DNA from: Amphiscolops sp. MND2022
Lineage: Eukaryota
Direction: 5' to 3'
Length of the DNA stretch: 64,000 bases
Assembly (NCBI GenBank): GCA_964187785.1
Contig: OZ076409.1
Span: 74,092,001 to 74,156,000 of the forward strand
Below are positions 23,801-35,894 of this stretch, in pieces (the stretch's first letter is position 1; each line of letters opens with the position of its first letter). Under the pieces are notes generated by a model. That model had not been told where the DNA came from. It made no database searches and saw nothing but the letters and a program-made list of their open reading frames with translations. Made by a program: the position numbers and the translations under genes.

Positions 23801-26785
23801 TAGTACTCAATGAGACGAGTTGGGGGATGTAGTTTCAGTCACCCCCCGTTACCCCTTGGGACCGGAAATGACCGTTATGTGGGTAAAATTGCAATTTTTA
23901 TACTTTTTCAAGTGTATTTAGGTGCGGAAGGAGTGGTAATAGGTGCTTGGACACTATATGAGGTAAGGGAGGACGTGAGGCGAGCATTCGGAAATAACCG
24001 TTATGTTGACCCTAAAGTCCCCCTGGTACCGTAAACGACCGGAAATGGTCAAATTTTGTGTCTATTGGGTACAAATGTTTTGTATTTTGTAGATAAAAGT
24101 ATCTATTAGGTGTTTCGACGGTCTACAGTAGTGAACATAGTCATGAAACCTTGTGGGGGGTAACGGTATATAGCACCGGAAGTCAAACCGTTGGAGACAG
24201 GATAGGTTTTTTGGTTTTAAAATGTCTTTCGGCGTAATTTTTTCGACTCTTGTGGACTATTTTTAAAAATTAAAGTTTTTCCATATAGTTTCAGAGACTC
24301 CGAAACCTCAACCAACATAACCGTTACCTTATGATAGCCTTTCAAGTTGGCCTGGTGTCAACTTGGAAGCGCTATCCTTCTGAAATCGTTAATCAAGAGT
24401 GTTTTTGGGTAGGTATATATTGCATTAGTACCAATTAGAGCTTCATCAACAGTGTATCAACGACAAAAACTATGCCGTCATGATTCCGTTATTAGAATCA
24501 TAGTGAGCAAATTGTTGAAAAAAATGGTTTTTTCCATACAAAATGTGTCCTAAATGCCAGGAAACCTATTTACCTAACAAATGGTATTAATTGGAATGTT
24601 TGTAACAGATTTATAAAAGTTCAAATTGAATATTACATTTCATTATGGAAGCTGAAACGTCATATTTTAGTTTAATTAACGTCAACGCCACACACTTTAC
24701 ATCAACGCCCATCGTCTGTGGGCATGCCGAGGCATGCCCTTCGACGACATATACCAAATACATACCTAACGACGCCCGTACATCCCGGGCTAGGTGCGGG
24801 GGGGTAACCCCAACTTTTTTCTTGGAGGAATCGGGTAGGGTCCTGATTCCGAGTTCAGTGCCGCCAGCTATCGTTAAAAACCCATACCTTTTAAACCCGA
24901 TCTCGGGAACTAACCACGCCCCTTCTTTAATTTTTTGGCCCCCACTCACTTTTTGATAGTAGATCGCCCCCCACTGGGTTCCAAGTTGGGCAAAAATGGA
25001 GGTCATGGGTAACGGGGACCGTTAAAGGGTAACTCAGGGGGTAAAATTTATTTTTTGCGTCATATCTTTTCCCCCCGTGGATTTAGCGCTTCCGGTCAGC
25101 AGACAAAACCTCATGTACGTGATGCGGGGCCTCCATAGGTCCAAACAAAATTTTTCTATCATGCACCGTTACGGACTTGGCCCCCCGGCCCAACCGTTAT
25201 TTTACCGGAAATTGCACTTTTTGACCGGGAAGGAGTCGTCTGAACACGGAGTCGTTTGGTAATGTTTTGTAGTGCATCTGAAGACGTGTTGGGGGACATG
25301 TAGTTTGCCGGCCCCAGTTTACCCCCCGGACGGGAAATGACCGTTATGTGAGTTTTAAAATTACCCCCCTTCAATTTTCCCCGTTATTTCCGGTGTGAAG
25401 GAGTGGGAGTAGCACGTCGGGTGCCATATATCAAAAGTAGGTTTAGACAAGGACCAACCGGAAACTTGTGGTTTGGGACCCCCTGACCCAACCCGTTAGC
25501 CGTTATAAGGGTGATCGCCTCCTTTTTTTACTCTCAAAACCGGAAAATGGGCATTGAGGGGTAAATATCTCGTGAACGCGTGGAGCAATCGTGTCCATCA
25601 CTACTACAAGGTTTCATACCCATGATATGGTGCCTTCAGGGGGGCAAACAGATTACCGCTATCTATCACCGTTATCGACTTGGCCCCCCAGCCTAACCGC
25701 TATGTGACCGGAAATTGCACTTTTTGAGCCCAAAGGGTCAATCCTAGCCGGGCAACGTTAGGTAACTTATTGTAGTACTCATTGAAACGAGTTGGGGGAC
25801 ATAGTTTCAGTCACCCCCCGTTACCTCTTAGGACCGGAAATGACCGTTATGAGGGTAAAACTGCAATTTTTATACATTTTGAAGGGCATTTAGGTGCGGA
25901 AGGAATGGTAATAGGTGCTTGGACACTATATGATGTAATGGAGGTCGTGAGGAGAGCATTCGGAAGTAACCGTTACGTTGACCCCAAAGTCCCCCTGGTA
26001 CCGTTAACATTCGGAAATGGCCAAATTTTGTGTTTATAGGGTACAAATGTTGGGTATTTTTGGATAAAAATACCTGGAAGGTGTTTTAAAGGCCTCCAGA
26101 AGTGAACATAGTCATGAAACTTTGTGGGGGGTAACGGTATATAGCACCGGAAGTCCAAACCGTTGGTCACAGAATAGGTTTTTTGGTTTCAAAATGTCTT
26201 TAGGCGTAGTTTTGTGGGTTGAATCGTCATAATATCAACTAATACGGACTTTTTTCGGAAATAAAATTTTTTCACATTAGTTTCAGGGACCTCCATTGTT
26301 TCAGTCAACATAACCGTTACATTTTGATAGCCTTTCCAGTTGGCCTGGTGTCAACTTGGAAGGGCTATCCTTCTGAAATCGTTAATCAAGAGTGTTTTTG
26401 GATAGATATATGTTGCATTAGTACCAATTAGAGCTTCATCAACAGTTTGCCAACGGCAAAACAATGTCGTGATAATTCCGTTATAAGAATATTAATTAAC
26501 AAATTGTTTCCAAAGTTTATTTTTTCCATTCGAAATGTGTCCTAATGCCACGAAATTGAATAAAATAATAAATGGTATTGACTAAAACTAAATAACATTG
26601 AAAAAGAAGCTCAACATTTTTAATAGGTCTCATTATGGAAGCTGAAACCTCACGTTTTAACTTAATTAACGTCAACGCCACATACTTTACATCAACGCCC
26701 ACCGTCTGTGGGCATGCCGAGGCATGCCCTTCGACGACGTATACCAATTACATATATATCTACACCCACCCGCGGTAGCAGCTAG
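20851..26785 (+). mobile_element. Three tandem type C units (1973, 1970, 1992 bp)
   Basis: Junction CTAG ends at 22823, 24793 and 26785. The first two are near-identical to each other and to 8538-10507; the third is more diverged. Confidence 0.8.
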
Positions 26786-29700
26786 GTGCCGGGATTTCTA
26801 TTCGATAAAGTAAGTTGCGCGGTTGGGTAGGGCCCCGTGAGCGCGCCCGTGTCTGTGTTTTTTGAACCTGAATTTGCGGGTGCCAAAATAGACGATCTCC
26901 TAAACTATCCATACGATTTTGCTCAAATTTGGCATACGGGTTCCTGAGACAGATATAAGAACTAATTCCTACTGGCGTTTTGCCCGGAAAATTTTTTTTG
27001 TTGCGCAAACTTGAAATTTTTGACAAAAAAATGCGATTTTTTTTGAAAAATTTTTTTTGAGAGGCCATATCTTTTTTCAGGGAGCCCGGAGCGGGACGCG
27101 TTAAACTGATTATAAACTCTACGGTTCATGGGCTTTACGGGAAACCTATTTTTGTTGGAATCCGACTTGTAGATTTTGAGATATATCATCAAATTTGGGT
27201 GTTTTTTTTCCAATTTTTCGAAAAACCTGGTTTATCTCTGCCGTTTTTTGCCCAGATTTTTTTCTAGACCCTCTCCTAAAGGCCTCCCCTGGCCGGATTA
27301 CGTCCCAGCAAAACCATTTGGCCCTAAATACGAAGTTTCAGCGTTCTAGCATTCTCGGGCGAAAAGTTGTGGGACTTAGAAAATTTTTTTTTTAAACGCA
27401 AAATGTGTAAAGTCAACTTCAGGCCTCCCAAAGTCAAGGAACTTCCACACAACTAGGATTGCAAGTGGATGCATGTGGAAAGTGCTTGAATAGACGAGGA
27501 AAATGAGCTATTATAAAACTCTGTAGCTTAACCTGACGTTGACTTATGACAATTTTAGTGTGAGCTTGCTATGTGAGAAAAAATTTCAAAAATTGAAAAT
27601 CGAAGCTAAGTCTCATCCAAAACTCATCGGAATACGTTCAATCCATTCCAAAGCGGTTTACTTCCAGCTATAGACTGCAACAACACTATTCAAGACCATT
27701 GTACCCCTTTATATTAGTTTTGACATTGTATTATTCATCCGAGAGCACAAAGCAGTTGAGTACATTCCATCTCCCTTTCGGGGGAGATGAGAATGTACTC
27801 GCTAAAGAACAGGTACTACAGCCAATTTTTGTATTTATGCGAAGCCATTCTATGCTATTGCACATAACAACTATGCTATTGACTTAATGTTGCCTACACT
27901 TTGCTATGACATATGCTAAACGTTTGGTCCTTACAACAACATACACATGACTAACGTCAACACCACATACTGTTACCAACGCCCACCGTCCGTGGGCATG
28001 CCGAGGCATGCCCTTCGACGACGTATGCCAAATACCTTCCAGCGACGCTCGCGCTCCCCGGCTAGGTGGCCGGAAATTTTTTTTTTCATCAAAATCTTTG
28101 CCATTGGGGGAGGGGCCCCGGATGGCCAGTAGTTCGGCTTGGCTACCTGCAAAATCAGGTACAAAAAAACACGATCTCAAAATTGGCCCGTCAGAATTCG
28201 CTCATTTTTTGCATGCGGCCCTAAAATCAATATATAAGAACAAAGTCCTGCTGACGTTTTGCCGAAAAAACATTTTTTGTTGACCAAAAATAACATTTTT
28301 CATGCCAAAATGACCGTTTTTTCACATTTTTCAACTTTGAGAGCTCATATCTCGTTCCCAGGTGCCCGGAGCGGTACGCACGTGAACTGCAATATTGCTT
28401 AACGTTGTTAACGGAGTGCGTGGACAAATTTTGGTCCAAATCGGACTTAAACTCGAGGAGATATAAACGGATTTTTGGGGGTTTCCGGGGTATATTTTTT
28501 AACGGTCCAGCTTATCTTTGCCATTTTTTGGAAAATGTACTCGCCTAAAGGCCTCCCCCTGGCCGAATTTACTCCCAGCAAAACCATTTGGCCCTAAATA
28601 CGGAGTTTCAGCGTTCTAGCATTTCCGGGCGAAAAGTTGTGGGACTTAGAAAAAAATCAAAATTTTTCAAAATTTTTTTTTTCGTTTTCCGGCCCCCCAA
28701 TGAAGGGGAACGACCCCCCAACTAGGATTTTTGGTGAATCCATGCGAAAAGGTCTTGTTTAGTGGAGAAAAATGCCGTTTAGAGCGACTTTCTATCTTAA
28801 CTTGACGTTGACTTATGTCGTTTTGAATTTGATATTAGTATGTGTTGAGCATGTGAAAAGTTGAATATTTCAGTTGTTCTTTCGTGTTAGCCATTGAGAT
28901 ACAAGCTGTAGTGATCAAATTGTGATTTTTTGCAGTTTCGTGGTGCTTTTGGTGTATTTTGATTCTTTTGATAAAAAAGTTGTTCTTTATATATTGACAA
29001 TTTTGGTGTATTGATTCAAATGAACATGAAACAGTTGAGTACATTTCATCTCCCTCTTGGGGGAGATGAGAATGTACTCGCTAAAGTCCTAGTACTATGG
29101 CCCATTTTTGTTTTTATCAGACGCAGATACTGCCAACGGATACTTTTTGTTGGTGAAACTTTCCCCTGCACAAAGTCTTTAGAAGCTAGAAAACTCTATG
29201 CCTCTAGCTTACTTCTCCTACAAATTCGTCACCGACGTCAACGCCACACACTCTCACTAACGCCCACCGTCTGTGGGCATGCCGAGGCATGCCCTTCGAC
29301 GACGTATGCCAAATAGCGCCACAGGGCGCCCAATTTTGTCTAGGTGCCGGGATTTCCATTCGATAAGGAATTCTGCGCGTGTGGGTAGGGCCCCTGGCGC
29401 GCTCCTGTGTTTTGGGTTTTCCTACTCTAAATTCACACATCAGTTATCTCGGATCTCGAAAACTAGCCATACGATTTGGCTGAAATTTGGCACACGTACC
29501 CCCCTCGGCACGGTGAAGATGATTTCCTACTGACGTTTTTCCCGCTAAACATTTTTTGTTGACCAAAATAACGGTTTTTGGGGTAAAATTTTCAACTTTT
29601 TTTAAATTTCATCTTATATCTCGCCACGGGTGCACGCTAGCGCTTCCGAACCTTGCTGACGAAAGTTTGCAAACTGTCTCAGGAATGCTGTGCGAAAATT

Positions 29701-32700
29701 TCAGCTCAATCGGACCTAAACTCGAGGAGATATAGCGTTTTTCCGGAGCGGGGGGGTTTCATTTTTCTAACGGTCCAGCTTATCTTTGCCATTTTTTCGA
29801 AAATGCACTCGCCTAAAGGCCTCCCCTGGCCGGTTTTATTCCCAGCAAAACCATTTGGCCCTAAATACGGAGTTTCAGCGTTCCAGCATTCTCGGGCGAA
29901 AAGTTGTGGGACTTAGAAAATTTCAAAAAATTTCAAAAAAAATTTTTTTCGTTATTTGGGCCCCCAAAGTGGGGGAAAAGACCCCCCAACCAGTAAATCA
30001 AGTGAATGCATGTGGAAAGGCCATGTTTAGAGGAGAAAAATGCCGTTTAGAACGTCTTTTTATCTTGGCTCAACGTTGACTTATGACGTTTTGAAGGTGA
30101 TGTTTGGAGGTGTAAAGCAAGTGAATAGTAAACGTTATGAGTATTTATCTGATCTGAAAGCCATTGAGATGCAATATGATTGCTCAAAACGTAATTCATT
30201 GCAGTTTGGCAATCAATCAACACCCTTTGTTGTCGTTTGACATACTTTTTTGTTGTTAAAATAAAAAATTTTGTGTATTTATTCATTTTTTTCTCATCAA
30301 ATAACTTGGAACAGTTGAGTACATTCCATCCCCCCCTTCCGGGGGAGATGAGAATGTACTCGCAAAAAGCACCGAACTACGGCCCTTACCTTCCCGAGCT
30401 ACGCAGTATAAGGATTACATATTGGTTCCGACATTTTCATAGAGTTATATCTTGGTAATCTGTCTGGATATGCCGAAAAATCAGCACGTGCCTTTTAATA
30501 CCAAGTTGCTCACAACGACAATTATTTTATATCAACGCCCCCATATTTATCAACGCCCCCCGTCCGTGGGCATGCCGAGGCATGCCCTTCGACGACCCGC
30601 ACCAAAATATGCGTTAGCGCGGTAGCCGCTAGGTGGCCGGGAATTTTTTTTTCCACATAAATCTTTGCCACTGGGGTAGGGGCCCCGAGTGGCTGTTGTT
30701 CGGTTTACTTCCCATAGGATTTGACCGCTGCGGAGACGATCTCAGAAACTAGCCATACGATTTGGCTCAAACTTGGCACAGAGCCTCCTTGAAAGATTAT
30801 AAGAACTTTTTCCTAGTGGCGTTTTTCGATTGAAATATTTTATGTTGACCAAAATTGCGTTCAAAGTGTCCATTGTTGCGTATTTTTTGTCTTTTTCAAC
30901 TTTGATGGTTCATAACTTTTTTTGAGATGCCCGGAGCGGGTCGCACGTGATGAACAATATTGCTGGGCACTTCAAGAGCTGTCCGTAGACAAATTTTCGT
31001 CCAGATTGGAAAAAAAATGATGGAGTAATAGCCCCAAAGCGCACACATTTTGTCGAATTTTTTCGAAACCCTAGTCTATCTCTGCCGTTTTTTGCCCAGA
31101 TTTTTTTCCAGGACCTCTCCTAAAGGCCTCCCCTGGCCGGTTTACCTCCCAGAAAAACCATTTGGCCCTAAATACGGAGTTTCAGCATTCCAGTATTCCC
31201 CGGGTAAAAGATAAATGACTTAGAATTTTTTTCGAAAAATTTTCAAATTTTTTTTTTCAACTTCAGGCCTCCCAAAGTCAGGAAACTTCCACACAACTAG
31301 TATTGCAAGTGAATGCATGTGGAAAGTGCTTGAATAGACAAGAAAAATGAGCTATTATACGACTCTGTAGCTTAACCTGACGTTGACTTATGACAATTTT
31401 AGTAAGAGCTTCCTATGTGAGAAAAAATTTCAAAAAGTGAAAATTGAATCTAAGTCTCTTCCAAAACTCATCGGAATACGTTCAATTCACACCAGAGCGG
31501 TTCAATTCCAGTTGTATAGTGCAGCAACACCATTCAAGGTCTTTTGGTCCATTTTTATAACTTTTGACACCGTCTTGTTCATCCGATAGCACAAGACAGT
31601 TGAGTACATTCCATCTCCCCCCTTGTGGGGGAGATGAGAATGTACTCGCTAAAAGTCAGGTACTATAGCGCCCATTTTGTTTTATTCGACGCTAGTGATG
31701 CTATTGCACACGAATACAATAGTTTTGTCAAATCATGTTTGACATGATGAATCTTACTTTACCTTTAGTTTACGTTTACCTACTACTACAACATCGCAGC
31801 CCTAACGTCAACGCCACACACTCTCACTAACGCCCACTGTCCGTGGGCATGCCGAGGCATGCCCTTCGACGACGTATGCCAAATAGCGCCACAGGGCGCA
31901 AACTTGTCCGCTAGGTGCCGGGATTTCTATTCGATAAAGTATGTGGCGCGCCTTGGGTAGGGTCCCTTGCGCGCTCTTGGGTATGGTGTTCACCAGCTAG
32001 GAAACAGGGGTCGATTTTTCGGGATCTCCTAAACTAGCCACACGATTTGGCTGAAATTTGGCACACGTACTCCCCTCGGCACGGTGAAGATGATTTCCTA
32101 CTGACGTTTTTCCCGCAAAATTTTTTTTGTTGTCCAAAATAACGGTTTTTGATGTAAAATTTTGAATTTTTTTTAAATTTTATTTTATATCTCGCCACGG
32201 GTTTACGCTAGCGCTTCAAAACCCTGCTAAAGAAAGCTTGCAAACTGTCTCAGGAATGCGGTGTGAAATTTTCAGCTCAATCGGACTCAAACTCAGGGAG
32301 ATATAGCGTTTTTCCGGAGCGGGGGGGTTTCATTTTTCTAACGGTCCAGCTTATCTTAGCCATTTTTTCGAAAATGCACTCGCCTAAAGGCCTCCCCTGG
32401 CCGGTTTTATTCCCAGCAAAACCATTTGGCCCTAAATACGGAGTTTCAGCGTTCCAGCATTCCCGGGCGAAAAGTTGTGGGACTTAGAAAAGTTCAAAAG
32501 TTTTCAAAAAAATTTTTTTTCCGTTTTCCGCCCTCCCCCCCTAGGGGAAAAGACCCCCCAACCAGTAATTTGAGTGAATTCATGTGGAAAGGCCATGTTT
32601 GGAGGAGAAAAATACCGTTTAGATAGTCTTTTTATCTTTATTCAACGTTGACTTATGACGTTTTGAAGGTGATGTTTGGAGGTGTGAAGCACGTGAAAAG

Positions 32701-33202
32701 TAAACGTTATGAGTATTTATCTGATCTGAAAGCCATTGAGATGCAACCTGTTTTGCTCAAAACGTAATTCATATCAATTTGGTAGTCAATCAACACCCTT
32801 TGTTGTCATTTGACATCTTTTTTGTTGATATAAGAAAAAATTTCGTGTATTTATTCATTTTTTTCTCATCAAATAACTTGAAACAGTTGAGTACATTCCA
32901 TCCCCCCTTCACGGGGGAGATGAGAATGTACTCGCAAAAAGCCCCGAACTACGGCCCTTACCTTCCTTAGCTACGCAGTATAAAGATTGCATATTGGTTC
33001 CGACATTTAGATAGAGTTATATCTTGGTAATCTGTCTGGGTATGCAGAAAAACCAGCACGTGCTTTTTTATACCAAGTTGCTCACAACGACATTTATTTT
33101 ATATCAACGCCCCCATATTTATCAACGCCCCCCGTCCGTGGGCATGCCGAGGCATGCCCTTCGACGACGTATACCAAGATATGTTCGAGCGCGTTAGCCT
33201 AG
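26786..33202 (+). mobile_element. Five type A units (1280, 1278, 1289, 1282, 1288 bp)
   Basis: Junction CTAG ends at 28065, 29343, 30632, 31914 and 33202. Confidence 0.8.
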
Positions 33203-35894
33203 GTGCCGGGATTTCTATTCGTTTGGGGAAGATGCGCGCTGTTGGGGAGGGTCCCAGGCGCGCTCAGGTGTTTGTGGTTTTCCAACTTTGGAATCAGCAC
33301 CCGCTGGGAACGATCTCGAGAACTATCCATACGATTTGGCTGAAATTTTGCATGTGGCTCCCAATGGACATTGTAAGAACAAATCCCTACTGGCGTTTTG
33401 CTGGGAAAAATCAAAATGTTGGTCAAAAATGCGATTTTCCGACGAAATTTTTGACTTTTTTTTCTTTGACAGTCAAAATCTCGCCACAGGGTCACGCTAG
33501 CTACCCTAAACCTCCCCAATTATAATTTGCAAAGTGTCTCAGGAATGCGGTGTGAAATTTTCAGGTCAATCGGACTTAAACTCAGCGACTTAGAGCGGTT
33601 TTTTAGGTGCATTTTTTGACATTTTTTGCATTTGCCGATTTATCTCTGCCGTTTTTTGCCCAGATTTTTTTTGAGACCCTCTCCTAAAGACCTCCCCTGG
33701 CCGGTTTACCTCCCAGCAAAACCATTTGGCCCTAAATACCAAGTTTCAGCGTTCTAGCATTCCCGGGCGAAAAGTTGTGGGACTTAGAAAATTTTTTTGA
33801 AAACGCAAAATGTGTAAAGTCTACTTCAGGCCTCCCAAAGTCAAGGAACTTCCACACAACTAGTATTGCAAGTGAATGCATGTGGAGAGTACTCGAATTG
33901 ACGAGGAAAATGAGCTATAGAACGTCTCTGTAGCTTGACCTGACGTTGACTTATGGTGTTTTGAGTGTGAGCTTCCTAAGGGGTCAGAAAATCAAAAATT
34001 GAAAATTGAGTTATTCCAAAGCAAAAACTTCTTTAAATAGGCTAATTAGGTATCAGTAACATGAAACACGGTTGTACGGAGTGATTATTATCATAGGCGA
34101 TACGGTTCGTTCCAAAAAACTTCCAAAAATTCTGCTCTTTTTTCGTAGGTTTTTTTGTCTAGGATTTTTTTCTTTGGTTTTTTCCTTAGGTTATAGGTGT
34201 AGGTTATAGGTTAGGCTTTTTCTAAGGTCCTTTTTTGCTTTCCCTGTTCACAGCATAGTTTGTTTTTAGTGGCAGAAGAAGACGACGACGACCAAGCATA
34301 CGACTTTTTCTTTTTTTTTGGTTTTCCTTGGGGTTAATGGCTATCCCGAAACCAGTGGCTCCTGCTCGAGGGCTTCTCGGGTGCTGGTTTCGTGTATGGG
34401 GTTATCCCCCCCCAGTAGGTAACCTCTGCCCAAATTTTCAATCGTCCCTCGTAATTCGCATTTTGCCGGTGTCTTTTTTTTACGGGCGTTTCGTCGAAAA
34501 AGATAGAATTTTTCTCGGAACCGGCAAAATCGGAAAATCAATCACCAAAAGTAAACGACTTCGAGACTTCGATCTGACTTATAGGGCGTCCTGTTGCTCC
34601 AAAGAAGAACTACAGTTTAACCTTGCTTCAGTTTCAGGTGCCAGTCAATCAAGCTCAAGATGTCTTTTTCTGGAACTTATTAAATAGTCCATAAAATTAT
34701 TGAAAATAGGGAAATTTCCAAAGGTTAGATTTTTTTTGAAATATTGAATGAATGTTTTGAACATATGTGCTAGTACTTTGAAAAACAATAGGAGAAATAA
34801 ACATAAAGTAAATCAAATTGCAGTTCAACTGTTCTAATTGCCTTCAGTTTTAGCTTACAGATAAAGATTCGCCGTAGCGATACGTCACGTAATTTTCTAA
34901 ATCGAATTCGTCGCAATGACTATTATCTGCGCATCGTTCGTACGGTCGTTTTTGAGCATAAATTACGCTCATTGAAAAAATGTGTGATCGTCGTCGTTCT
35001 ATTTCAACGTGTAATAGTCATATGTGCCCTATTATGAAGTCTTATATTTTATCAATTCTCTGCGGGATATCTACTATGATATAATTTTAACCATTTTAAC
35101 ATTTTGACTATTGGTTTTTCGCACCAAACCTATAAATGGATGTTTGATGAATCTGTTTTTCATTTTGATCAAAGTTTTACGTCTTCGACATATTATACAA
35201 ATTTGACACCTTGTTTTTTCCTCAGTTTACACAATTTGACTTTTGGTAGATATTTTGAACCCGCAGAGATAACTTTTCCAATGTAAAGGCTATGTTTATA
35301 ACTCACTTTGTACCTAATGCTCTGAATAATGAATTCCGCTAATAAACGACTTGAAACCTCTTGTACTGTATGTTTGATGTATGTATATTTTGTACTGAGA
35401 GTCAAGTAGCAAAAGTTGTTTCATCAGCACTACGGTTTTAGAGTTTTGATCACTTGTATTTTTTCTCAAACGAGTGATGTGCTCACTGTTTTTTTTCGTT
35501 ATGAAATTGTTTCCGTCAGCCAAAAGAGTATTGAGACAGTTACAGAAAACTCTGACTTTACTGGTCCATCCAAAATTCAGCTTGGACTGATTCTCAATTG
35601 TGAAACAGTTTTTCTTAGTCATTTTTTCGCTTTAAAACGGTGCAAGCGCGGATTTTGTTTATCAACAGTGTATTTACCAAATTTCCATGTTTTGGTTCGT
35701 AGCCCTCGATCTTTTCATGTTGACAGCGTTGCGCATAATTTTGGCTCCATGTGAAATGAGTTTTTTCTTCAAATTTCGGTAAAATTTTTTGGTTCTCACA
35801 TCCCGTCGCTAGCATAATAATCAATCTTGCATGCGAACTTTCTTGTAGATTTTGAAATAGCTGAAAGTTAACGCTTTGGTTGTTTTCCAGGGTT

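Noticed and set aside
706..33202. CRISPR-like repeat/spacer appearance of the palindromic repeat
   Set aside because: Intervals are 1.3-3 kb and homologous to each other, there are no cas genes, and the context is eukaryotic with introns.
28..33525. Numerous 60-150 aa ORFs recurring in the short units (e.g. ..GHAEACPSTT.., MPRHALRRR.., MPFFRKCTRLK..)
   Set aside because: They are translations of the conserved DNA motifs in varying frames and strands. Frames break between copies and no domain is recognisable.
34186..34215. TTAGG/TATAGG telomere-like repeats
   Set aside because: Only ~5 degenerate copies in a T-rich patch, with no counterpart seen in element 2. Insufficient evidence.
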